From Lytechinus pictus (taxonomy: Eukaryota): a DNA stretch of 64,000 nucleotides. A model generated the notes under the pieces. The model did no database searches. It worked only from the letters and a program-made list of their open reading frames with translations, and had not been told where the DNA came from. The stretch is from assembly GCF_037042905.1 (NCBI RefSeq), contig NC_087263.1, positions 15,006,001-15,070,000 on the forward strand. Reading direction: 5' to 3'. The position numbers and the translations under genes were made by a program. Below, one piece after another: positions 11,865 through 23,529 of the stretch; the first letter of the stretch is position 1, and the number at the start of each line of letters is the position of its first letter.

Positions 11865-14362
11865 CTAAATGTTTCACAAAATATATCATGGACAAAGCAT
11901 TTGCTCTATAGAAAAAAAATGAGGAAAAGTTAATTTCTTTATTATTTGGAATGTATGTACATGTACTGTTTATAACAATATAACAGGATTTTCCTACATG
12001 GGATAGTCGTGCAACATAGATTTTAAGAAGTTTTATACAAAACAAATATTTTGAAATATTTACGGGTTCTTATACACAAATAACTACATGATTTATGCTA
12101 AAAAATAATGCAGTTCAAAATTAAAGCAGTATTTTTAAGAACGACATGTTCTCAATAACATGAAGTTCATGATTTTGAACTATAACCCCTATATATTCCC
12201 TTTTTGAAGGATGAGTGATATATTTCTGACTATCCCACCGCATTAAGGTGGAATAGTAACTACTATCCAAATGCTTCTGAATAGCATCAGATGATATCAT
12301 CAACCATCCCACGGGATAAGCTCATAAAACTGAACATGATCTGTTGTAGTTGTCGGTATGTTTTGATCAGTGAAAGTAAAGGTAAATCTAGACTCTCGGA
12401 TCAGGGAATTGCTCCTTCTTTAGTTTCATGGCTGTATCATTAAGAATGAAAATAATCACGGAATAAGACATTTTTATGAAAGAAGTGAACTCCCATATCG
12501 ACAAATTTCCGAGATCCCTTTACTTGTGACATGGTATGACATTGACCTATACAATCATGTACATGATATATATTAAAGTTTTCATCAATTAACTGTTGAT
12601 GTGATGAGCAAGCTTTTAAGAATGTCAAAAATTAAGAGAAGAAAAAAAAATGTCTTCACCACCAATTTAAAGTCAGTTTGTAGCTCCAAAAAAATTGGAC
12701 AAGCCCCCCCCCAAAAATGCAAAAAAATATTTATGGGGGGTGGGAGTTGAACCCAGACAGTTAAAAAAGGTTAAATGTTCAGGGAACATAATTGAACTTT
12801 GCAGCCCATATGCAACATATTTATTAAAATTTACTAGATATGTTTCACAAATGTAACCAGCTTACACAATCTATACTGACAAAAATAAAGAAACCAAAAA
12901 ACACAAATAAATGAAGCACGATAGCCTACATGTATATACTTTAAAAATAAACCTTTACTAGAAGTAGGTCAACTACTAAAAAACTGTGATGTAGAAAGCC
13001 TTAATACTGAATCCCATCTCTACAGATGGATAGAAAGATAGATAGACCGTGACAGTGATAGATCAAAACAGATTGATAAGCAGGTGGACAGATCAACCAC
13101 TGGATAAACTGGAAAGAGCTCTTCATAAAATTCTGCAGAAATTCTTCAAAATCCGGAGCCTATGAAAATACTTGGTTTTGACTTGACCCTCCTCAACACA
13201 GATTGACAAGCATAAGCCGGATGACTTCTTTATTTTTTTTCAAAGAAAAAGCAGTCAGAGATAATACATATCTTCTCATCCCCCTCCCACTTCAAAACCT
13301 ATCCTTCATCATCCCAACTGGTATTGATTTCAAGACTTACAAAAGAGTTATTTTGTGAGAAAAGATATTGTTCTATTTTTCTTAGCATTTATATTTTACT
13401 GAGAAAGATATGAGGAACAAGAGTATGCAGAGCAGGAATATGATGTTCTTTCCACTCAGAAGTGAGACATCACAAAAATTCATCTTTATTAAAATATGAA
13501 CTAGAATAGCATAAAAACATCAAAGATTGAAGAGGAAAAAGAGAAAGAAGCACAAATTTAGTTAAAGAAAAAGAGAGAAGAACTTTTCATGTTACACCTT
13601 GATATAAATGTGGCCTTTTTTTCCTCTGGGGCTGTAATGTACAACTAATAAAGATTGCTTGTATTTGATTGGCTAACCGTAAAGGAGCAAACTTCCTTCC
13701 TCAGCCAATGAAAGAAGTTTATGAAGGGAGGCTGAACACACACAACCAATCAGAACACACAACACTATCCAGCTATGGGTGCAAGGAACACACACCAAGC
13801 CAGTGTACATGGATAATTGCAGCGAGTGTTCTATTACGCAGTAGACACATGTGAACAAATCTGAAACTAGTCTACATCTTTAGACACTTTCTTTAATCAA
13901 AACTCTTCTATATTTGGGATAGTGATTGCAATGCAAAACAATTATGTATATTTTTACCAGGAAGATATATTGTTCTTGCACCCTTATTCTTTCTCTCTCT
14001 CTAAAAAAAAGACAAAATGACTAGATACTATGAACTTCCTCATTCCAATCTTCTGATTTTTAAAAGTAAAATTTCAAGAATGAAAGCTCCAATCAGAATT
14101 AGTTTTGACATACCAAGAGCTCATAGTTTCAGAGGATTGAGGCATGAGGTTTTGCTCTTCTACCTTTGGATATAATAAATGTGAATGCAGGAAAAGTGAG
14201 AGAAGTTGCATTACCTGAAAAAAAATGATAGTGAGCACTGGAACATTCCCACTTCATAATAACTTGGCCTTCTTTCATAAAGTCTTGTTATAATACCAAA
14301 TGCACATTTTCAAGAACAAGTTTACTAACAGCCAATCAAATTGAATGATTTTAGTAGCTCAT

Positions 14363-14629
14363 CGCCCCTGTCTTACAAAGACTTGCGATTGATCCGATCA
14401 ATCTCATCTCTATGGAAATCCATCAATGTCATAATTTTTTTCCACAGGAAATGTGCACAATGTCCTTGTACACGAAGAGAAGCACAATGAAATATCACTA
14501 AAGAGAAGAACGTATGAATATACATCATATGTAGAAAACATTTTTAACATGCATTTTAGATGTTGATGTTGCTGGCTTTCCATAGTTGTGGTTAATTAAT
14601 CAATCATAACTCTTTGTAAGATGGGCCCT
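14363..14629. mobile_element. MITE (GGGCCC..tcttacaaagag TIRs, PIF/Harbinger-like), inserted in another MITE
   Basis: TIRs tcttacaaaga / tctttgtaaga; second copy at 31414-31678. The flanks (agccaatcaa..agtagct | aactgttatt) match the uninterrupted element at about 33945-34056. Confidence 0.7.
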
Positions 14630-15263
14630 GAACTGTTATTGAAATGTATTAGTAAATCAAATCATATGAAATAGGAGGGGGGGGGGGGGAAGAGGGGGTG
14701 AGTGGGCTAGCCTAGCAATAACACGCGCTCCTCTGGAAAACATAAATATCAAGCCGAACCACTATTGAATATCAGCGCGATCTATTACAAGTAGTGATAA
14801 TGTTTGAAACTGCCTTCAGTGTGTGGACCTCCATACATACTTTTGAATCAATGTTTTTTTTTTCCTCACCAAACTCTCCTGAAACTACAATACAAAATTG
14901 AATACTACACTCCCTCAAGCAAATATGTTCTCTGCACACAAGCTGACAGAAAGGAAACCTTATAAAAAGATATTGTTGTAATACATGAAATAGATCTCGT
15001 CAACCAATGTCAATAATAATCATGAATGTTGGGGGTTATTTAATGGGCTTGGAATTCCGTTTACACTGCCATGTTAGGTATATTGACATTTGGGGTATTC
15101 TAAGACCCTTGTGTAATTTTTGCTCATGAATACCAAATGAAGACTGTACAAGCTTTGAACTAACATTCAATACTCATTGAAATTTGCCAAACCCTTGTGA
15201 ATTCAAAAGCAAGGAAAACATGTACTCAATCACAAATCATTAGTTTTGCTCAAACTATATTAA

Positions 15264-15495
15264 GACCAGTGTGTTGGCTCAGTTGGTAGAGCATCTGTCT
15301 CACAACCGGCAGGTCGGGGTTCAAACCTCGGCCACGTCAGACCAAAAGACATTACAAGATGGGAGTCGCTGCTACCCTGTTTGGCGTTCAACGATTAAAG
15401 GGGTAGAGCCTCGTCGATCTGGCGCTGCACAGAATTTTTTCGGAGTATTTAATTTCATGTCTATTTCGAACAATGAAATATGGATTTTCGATTAT
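15264..15495 (+). mobile_element. tRNA-derived SINE family C
   Basis: Head tggctcagttggtagagc...ggttcaaacc (A and B boxes) followed by a non-tRNA body. Confidence 0.7.
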
Positions 15496-16189
15496 AACTT
15501 TCAGCAATCCATAAAGGCCTAGGGCCTATACTGCTTCATAAATGATCTCTTTAATTTAATTTGATAAATATGCAAATCAAGGCCAACTAATGGGTTTTTA
15601 AATTCAACAGACCAAAACTTAATGGCCAAGAATTTTTCAGCTATCCAGAGTCTTGGTATTAGGGAAGAACCAAGTTGGTTTAACACTTTGGCCAGCAAAA
15701 TCTCAATCTTGATGACAAAATGGTAACTAAAATTACAATTTTAATGTAAAGTTCACCGGACAAAAAAACTCCCTGGGAAACAATCTGATCATTCTTTTCT
15801 TTTCTTTTCTTTTTGAAGGGTGCCGAATAAACTTTGTTATTCTATACCAAGAGGACTGTTTTCTTCTAATTACATTCATTCGCTGGAGGAACACACTGTC
15901 CTACCATGATTGAGAAATTCTCACCTGTTTTTTATTATTGTTTTGACTGGAAGCGTGGCAAAAAGACAACAAAATGAACAGCATTGTCATTGACTTCAAG
16001 TTTATACTTGGAAAACAAAACGGTTATTTTCAGGAAGGATTGGCAACGTGTGAACTTTGTTCGTCTGTACTATTTGGGCAGTGTTTAGAAGCCGATGGCT
16101 CGCATTGAAAGTCCGAGAGGCTGTTGCGAGCTCCCCCGAGGGGGTTTGTTCTGATACCGAGCCAAGTTTGAGTATTTCTTTCATCTCTT

Positions 16190-16970
16190 GATCACTCTAT
16201 CTCCTCTTTCTTTCTCTCTCTCTGTCTCTCTCTCTTATTCTTCCTCTTTAATCCATGATTATCTGTAATTCCCATAGATTTGTAAGGGGACCATCCTGTT
16301 TGAGTAAGAATTGGATAATCTCAGCCTCCCCACCCTCATAATTCTCTGCCGCCCCACCCCACCCCTTCCCCTCTCATGGCTTATCCATCACCTTGGTCCC
16401 CCCCTCCACCCCTCTCTCTCTCTCTTTCTTTCTTTCTTTCTCTCTCTCCTTTTCCACCCTTCCCTCCAAATAATTAATCAATTAATAATTAATCAAATAT
16501 GTACCATATTTGCTGGTTTATTGCTTTTTTTTTTATCTTATCTCTCTCTTTTTTTGACTCTGCCTGCCCCCTCCCTTCCCTGTCATCTATAATACCCCCT
16601 CATTTCAAAATGATATCTTACCTTACTATAATATTAATGTATGCTCCTATTTCTCACTTCACCCTTCTATCTCTCTCTCTCTCTCTGTCTCTCTATTCCC
16701 ACCCTATCTACCAGTCTTCTCTCTTAACCAGTTGCCTACTGGAACCGGGTGGTCCCTGTATAAAGCATATGTGCACTTCAAAATTCAGTAGTCAACGGGT
16801 TAAGTCTGTCTCTCTATAAAGCATCATATTAACCATCATCTCCCACCCCCTCCCCCTCTTTATTTCTCTCTCTCTGTCTGACTGTCTGTCTATCTCTCTC
16901 TCTGTAAACATGATAAATATGGCACATCATGTAAGCCCATCCCCCCTCTCTTTCTCTTCCTCTCTCTAGT
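16190..16970. repeat. CT-rich low-complexity tract
   Basis: Interrupted (CT)n and C-rich runs. Confidence 0.8.
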
Positions 16971-16989
16971 ATTTGTCCGTCTCTGACTG

Positions 16990-17905
16990 CACGTTCCTGA
17001 AACTGATTCTGAAGTAGCCCCTATTTGTTACAGTGTTTGTACGGCAGAGGGTATAAGAGCAAGCTCTTCTTTCACGAGGTGGATCAGTTTAAAGCACCTC
17101 CCATCCACACAGCCAAGCTACCTTTGCAAGAGGCAACGACTGCCGGGATGACTTGTCAGGATCGACTGCCCGGACTGCAGTTGGATACAGCTATCATTTT
17201 AACTTGGTTCATCAACTAGTCACCAAATTTTGACAATATTATTTCACTATTTTTAATGAAAAAGGTGATACAGGAATGCACATGAAGTTTTTATGGAAAA
17301 ATAGGTCACAGACTTCTCTATTTGTGTAGAGCACTGAACAGTTCTGGAATACTGATTTTTTCAGCTAATGAACCTGTTTCCTAAAACTTCTTCAAGCTGG
17401 TTAAATTAGCTACCAGTGACCACACTACTGCAGAAAAGTGACTACTGAATCTTCTTTTTAATGAGTGAATAGGACATAGACTTCTACATATGTTCGAGTA
17501 CAGTGCAGTGGATTGCTGACTTCTGTCCATATAGATAAGTGCCATTAGCGCAAAACTTCATCAAGGAAGAGCTTCGACTGTTGAGAACCTAAAGAAATAG
17601 GCCTACTGCATAGCTGTGACAATTTATTTCTTAATGAGGCATAAATTGACATCTACATGTGTTGAACACTGAGCAGGATCTGTGTTGGAACACTGGTTTC
17701 TTTCCGAATTCCAGAGAAATGAATAAATAAGTGCCCCATGTTAACCAGCTGCTTAACAGAACATATACCACATTCTGTAAGCTTTTTCAGGATTTGCATA
17801 AAGTTGGAAGTGAATTGGTTAACAACTGAATATACACTGCGTTGGTCTACCCAGTTAAGACTGGTCTAGCAGGTTAGGATCGGAGCAGAACCCATGTTCA
17901 AAAAA
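16990..17905 (+). other. Candidate non-coding first exon (5' UTR) of the PRSS23-like gene
   Basis: Non-repetitive sequence downstream of a CT-rich tract, ending at AAA|GTAAGT (GT at 17906). A matching acceptor ttttaattttattgttgtAG lies at 19270-19271. The 5' boundary is a guess. Confidence 0.45.
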
Positions 17906-19271
17906 GTAAGTGGTGTTTTCCAACTTGTTTTCTTTCTTGCAAATGTTTACAATATCCGTGACCCAGCACTGTCATTTACTAGCCAAACTCAATAAATTGT
18001 AGGATTCTAGGCTTATGTTTTGATATTTGAGGGCAAGGCCCCCTTTTTTTTTAAGGAGCACACTTCGATAATACAGCATAAACATGAAAATTCAAGGCAA
18101 AAAATTAGTTGATAAAGCTATAAGTCCTCATGATATATATATTTTTTTAAAGTTTCATTGTCTTACTTTAGGTAAAGATAATATAATGGTCAAGCTTATG
18201 AACACCCCCCCCCAAAAAAAAACAACACCAAAATAGGGTATTCATTTGGGTGAAAGAGAAAGATTACATTTAGGATTAGTTTAACAAATATGGTGAGATG
18301 TGTAAGCAATCACTGAGTGGCCACCCCCCCCCCAAAAAAAAAAAAAAACAGCCTACAAAGACTCAGGCCAGTATATAAGTAGCAGCAGTAAATAGCCCAA
18401 CCCAAATTCAAGTGAATACAATCCATATATACAAACTTGTTTTATACAACAATGAAAACTATGAATGTTCATGTTTATGAATTGAATTTAATGTTAAAAC
18501 ATTCACCAATGAAGCAATCATGTGATTAACATTTAGGAGGAAGGGCAAGCAAGAAAATATTGAGAGCTTATGCATGTAAAACTAGAATGAAAAAATGTGC
18601 ACGTAAGTTAACAAAAAAACAAGATCTTTCAAAGAGTTTGTTGCCATTTTGACAGCCTTTGTTGCAAAAGTGTAATGATATGGACAATTTCAGTCATTGT
18701 AAAATTTGAAAAAAACTTGCCATCTAAAAGAAACTGAAGGTGCGGCATTCACTTAATACTTTTGGCCTCGGGCAAGATTGCAAAGTTTGAATATTTTACC
18801 AAGGAGTAACTCCTTGATTTTACAAAGAGATATTCCAAGTCTTTATTCAAACAATCTCATTCAATCATAGGCGTACTTGAAAATTGTATGGTATTGATAC
18901 TTCTATTTGGAATAAATCATTCTGGTCGATTTCAATGTAAATCTTGAGCCTTTATAGCAAACAATATCTTTCCAATTTTTTAAGGTAAAATCAAACAACT
19001 TGGAAGGGCGGGCTGCAATAATATAATATTGTACACATCAGAAATAAATCATTTAAAATAAGAATTTGTATGAAGGTATAAATCCCAGTACAGATTTAAA
19101 AGCTTTATTTCATAATAGGTGTGCCATCATGAATTTCTGATTATAAATGTTTACAAATCATATATTCTATGGAATCGTTGCTTATTGATATTTGAGGGAA
19201 AATCTTTGTCAAAATTAGATCTATTTGTTATACTTATTTTTACTCTATTTTTTTTAATTTTATTGTTGTAG

Positions 19272-19980
19272 GTCATCATACCATTGCCTTGAACTGTATT
19301 GGTCAGCAAGGGTCAAGTTCTTAGAATGTCCAGAAACTGACCAGGGAGTTTATCCAGCATTCCTAAGAATTGCACTTTTTAAGGACTTAGGATGACTGGT
19401 ATCCACGATGACGTACGCAGGTCATTCCGAAGATGAGATGGAAGACTGTTTAAAAAGAGCTGGCGAGCCGGAGATTTGATACAAATCCCTCAAGTGGACT
19501 TGAGAGAGAAGTGCTATGACAATTCTGCTTTTGAGAAGATCATGTTTAAGATCATATCATGGACTAATCATAATCATATCAAGCAAAGTTGTTTAAAGGA
19601 TACAATATTTCAGATTTGAGAGATACTATTTTTAGAGGGATTTAGGAGAGCATAAAACTAAAGAAGCTGATTAAAATCAACTTGACATGTTGAAAATGTG
19701 AATGTCTACAAACGGAAAATACCACTTGGAATCTTAATCATTTTTGGGGGCGGACAGCTCACTATCAGGGCAGTGAATTTGCAGCAATATTCCAGACTAC
19801 TTTCAACTATTTCTGATGAAGAGGAACTGCATCTTATGATAATTTTAGACAATAAGAAAAAAAATCTTCTGGTAGGAGTGACGATTGTATGATTTTTTTT
19901 CCTCGATAGTCATACGTTCTATTGCAAGCACAATAGAGGACCGTCACCAGAATCTTAGCACATTACCTCTTTTGCTCGTT
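19272..19980 (+). other. 5' UTR part of the PRSS23-like coding exon
   Basis: Follows a T-rich acceptor ending AG at 19271 and runs to the ATG at 19981; contains several upstream ATGs. Confidence 0.5.
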
Positions 19981-21192
19981 ATGTATGCACTCAATTTATT
20001 CAAGATGCTACAGGGCATTTTCTTGGTTGCCCTGGCAACCTGTCTAGCTTCTGTCACAGCCGAGAGGATTCAGGAATGGAACACATGGCAACAGGTCCGA
20101 CTCCCCAAGATGCACACGGAACAAGATGCAGAGTCGGACCATCTTTCAAAGACTGCCAAGGCACTTCTTGACTTGAAGGCAGGAAAGAGAGTTAAGTTTG
20201 GAGGTGACCTTTTAGATTTGGAATCTATTGAGAGGAGTCTTTCATATGAACAAACCAGTGCTAAAAACTTGAGCGATACCATCAGAACTAAAATCAGTGT
20301 GGACCATGCTCAAGATCTCCTGAACATGAAGCGTTATCCTGGAGACAGTGCAGGGAACATGGACCTTGGGGAACCCCGCAGGAAGCGACAGATCTTCGGT
20401 GCAGACACTCGGTACCAGATCACCAAGGAGTTCAGTAAGATATTCCCATTTTCTGCAGCCGTGCAGCTCTCAACAGGCTGTTCCGGAGTATTGATAGGGC
20501 CACGGCATGTCCTGACCGCAGCGGAGTGCATTCACAATGGAAAGCGATACCGCGGTAATTCCAAGAACCTTCGGGTTGGGCTTATCCGCACAGGGAACCG
20601 TACGACATCCGGAAGAGCACCCTCTAGGAACTCCAAGCGTGATGCTAGTTTAGTGTGGTACAAGGTTGAAAAGTTGTACATCCCTGATGGGTGGGTGTCG
20701 CCAAACCTCATGGAACAGCCCGATACGTTCAATTATGCCGTTCTCGAACTCAACAAAGACCACAGGCAAAACTGCATGGAGGTCGGTGTAAGCTCCAATC
20801 TGAACACCAACAGAATGCAACGCATCCACTATTCCAGTTTTGACGATTATGAATACCTTGACAACCCCGTCCTCGCATACAGACATTGCTTCATCGAGCA
20901 CGTGAGCGACACAAACAATTACCTCTACGAAAAGTGTGACTCTTCGAAATCGTCGGTCGGGGCAGGTATATACCTTCGAATGTGGGACAGTGAGAATTGG
21001 CAGTGGTCGCGACGCGTGATGGCGGTGAAAACGTCGGAAACGGAGAGAGTACGAGTTAGGGGTAGGTTGTTGAAGGCTGCGAGGGACGTTCGGTTGACGC
21101 TTTTAAACTTTGCTCAAATCTGTTACTGGGTGATGCGGGATTTTGAGGCCTGCAGTCGAGGAAGAATCGAAGATGCTTGTCTTATGGCTTAG
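19981..21192 (+). CDS. PRSS23: PRSS23/PRSS35-like secreted serine protease homologue, predicted catalytically inactive; single coding exon nested antisense in the NAV intron
   Basis: First in-frame ATG is 19981 (403 aa); ATG 20005 has the better Kozak context (AAGATGC). Signal-like MLQGIFLVALATCLASVTA, furin site RRKR|QIFGADTRY, FPFSAAVQLSTGCSGVLIGPRHVLTAAECIHNGKRY, YAVLEL, CD......GAGIYLRMW and C-terminal VRLTLLNFAQICYWVMRDFEACSRG all follow the PRSS23/35 pattern. Stop TAG at 21190-21192. Confidence 0.9.
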   Translation: MYALNLFKMLQGIFLVALATCLASVTAERIQEWNTWQQVRLPKMHTEQDAESDHLSKTAKALLDLKAGKRVKFGGDLLDLESIERSLSYEQTSAKNLSDTIRTKISVDHAQDLLNMKRYPGDSAGNMDLGEPRRKRQIFGADTRYQITKEFSKIFPFSAAVQLSTGCSGVLIGPRHVLTAAECIHNGKRYRGNSKNLRVGLIRTGNRTTSGRAPSRNSKRDASLVWYKVEKLYIPDGWVSPNLMEQPDTFNYAVLELNKDHRQNCMEVGVSSNLNTNRMQRIHYSSFDDYEYLDNPVLAYRHCFIEHVSDTNNYLYEKCDSSKSSVGAGIYLRMWDSENWQWSRRVMAVKTSETERVRVRGRLLKAARDVRLTLLNFAQICYWVMRDFEACSRGRIEDACLMA

Positions 21193-21807
21193 ACGATAGC
21201 ATCGTCAAGGGTTGGATTCAAGCACCCTCTTTTCAGATTCATGTGTTTATACGACACTTTGTTAACTACATGACTGCATACAAGTGATGGAGTTCTTTCA
21301 AAATGCAGGAAAAAAGACACTATAAAATGTGGGCGATTTGTAACACATTTCTGCAGAGCCAGTGTTTCTAAAAAGTTGTTTAAATTCAGTGGATCAGGAA
21401 AGATGCTCCAGTGCCCCAATGGATACCAATGAAGATTGAGTGAACATAGCACTTGGTAAAAGACTCTACTGGTGTATGGTGTATAGAGGTTAGAGAATGG
21501 AAAAGAAACTATGCAATTTACAGTCAAACATTTTTAAAATGTCATTTCAAAAGCATCTATTTTCATATGTCATTCAGCTTTGAGCAATTTGCTTGAATCC
21601 AAATGAAATCTTCTATGATATTGAATTTACATCATGGTAAGAAAAAGGGCCACTTCATAGATACTTGTGAAAATGGTAACTTTGTCGCTATGGAAACTAC
21701 CATGGTAACCTTAATTTTTATTGAATGTTACCATGGTAATCACTAAAATGGCATAGTAGCCGTAACCTATTTTATTTAGGACACCAGCATTGGATTAATG
21801 ATTTCAA

Positions 21808-22140
21808 AATAAATTATTTTAAAAAAAATCCTAATGTATCAAAGTAGTTTGCATAATCAATCATGTCATTAGAGTAATGCTGCTTTGAATTATATTTCAA
21901 AATAATTATTTATCTTTTGGGGCTTATTAAACATATCTTAATTAAGTAGTGTAGTTTTTGTGTATCATTTCAAGTAGGAATAATGCTTTTCTTAGTTGAT
22001 AATGTATAAAGAACCAGTATATTTGAATGGTGCAAAATTTTATTATTTTTGTGTGTAATTCAGCTGAAAATGACTAATAAATATTTCGACAACAAAACTA
22101 TGCAAAGACAGGGAGAAAGGGGTCATTAAGAGTAAATAAA
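21808..22140 (+). terminator. Candidate polyadenylation signals of the PRSS23-like gene
   Basis: AATAAA at 21808, 22076 and 22135, 0.6-0.95 kb after the stop. In AT-rich DNA the used site cannot be identified. Confidence 0.3.
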
Positions 22141-22489
22141 TACTTAAGTTTCATTGTAAATGTAAATCTTATAAAAGTACATTGGCCACTGAATATGTAA
22201 AAAAAAATCTTATGTGATTTGTATGATATCTAGAGCACTATCTTGGCAATGTTTTAATTTGTTACAAAAAGGGCAATTTGAACACTTTTCTCATGAATTT
22301 AGTGATTTGATATTAGAAATGGACAGATACATCTTTTATTTTCCTGAAATTTTTAGTGCATCCCATGCTTGGAAAGAGGGATTTCTAATCAGTAAGCAAA
22401 AAATATGCAACCATCTATTTGAAAGGACACCCAACCGCGATAAATTGCCATGTAAAATCGCAAATGTCATCCAGCAAAACGTGATCTTA

Positions 22490-22891
22490 TAGGTACTAGA
22501 AACCAGTAGTTGCAGAAAACAATTTTTTTCATGAGAAAGTCTTTTAAATCAAGGTTAATTGTCAAAATATTATCATACATCTATTTCTGGTACATTGATG
22601 TAAACTCATCTGTGTAGAATCATGAAAACTTAGGTCAAAATCGATAATTCTGATGGTCACTTACACAGAAAAGCATATGTGGGACAGTGAATTAATATTG
22701 CTTCGAAAAATACCCGACATTTGATGGAATTCCGTGCTTATTTTACTCATATCTCTGCAATTACGCATTTTCTTCCAGAGATATTTGGCACATATTCTTT
22801 AATCATACATACAAACACTTTGGTGGTAATTTCATAGGATTCTGTTCAAACTCATTTTGAGATCATTATCACTACTGGTATTTATCTTTAA
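22490..22891. mobile_element. Degenerate TTAA-type DNA transposon derivative
   Basis: Left aggtactagaaaccagtagt pairs imperfectly with right actactggtatttatctttaa. Confidence 0.45.
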
Positions 22892-23529
22892 AACAAGAAA
22901 TCATGTGCTTACCTGTTTTCCAAGATGTGGTGAAGAGTAGACAATGCATGAAAGAGAAAAAGACAAAATAAAACATTGATTAGAAACAGTGATATTCCAA
23001 ACATGGCACCAAAATCATGACTTTTATTCATGTCCCCCATGAGATTTTAAGGCAAAAACGGTAGACTCTTATCGACTGAAAATCTGAAAGTGATATGAAT
23101 CAGCGTCAATAGGGAAAAACTAATGTGTTTAAGATTGTGGTTAAAGGAAAGAAGCTAATAATAATTTTGTAGCAAAAAAGGTCCTGATTTGAATTAATTT
23201 TAACTTCCGTCTCAGACAAAATTGAAAAAAAAGTGTTCAATCGTCACAACCTCGCCCGTTTTCCAAGGTAAGGTTGCAGATGTCATGTATAAGCTGAAAG
23301 GTTACTTTACATTTTAACTGACTATATGTGAACAGGTTCTAAGAAAAATATATACAAATTAAACAGTCAATTGTCTGTGTTTGTTCACACATCAGGGTCA
23401 AATTAGGAAGGTCGGCTGAAAAAAACCAAACATCCTGCCTAAATTTATAATGATGCATGCTTGCATCACCTGAGACACGGAATATATTGATATCAACATT
23501 ATCAGCAAATTAAGTGTTCCTAATTAGTG

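Noticed and set aside
19885..19980. N-terminal extension of the PRSS23-like ORF
   Set aside because: It starts at TTG; the eukaryotic start is ATG 19981 or 20005, directly before the signal peptide.
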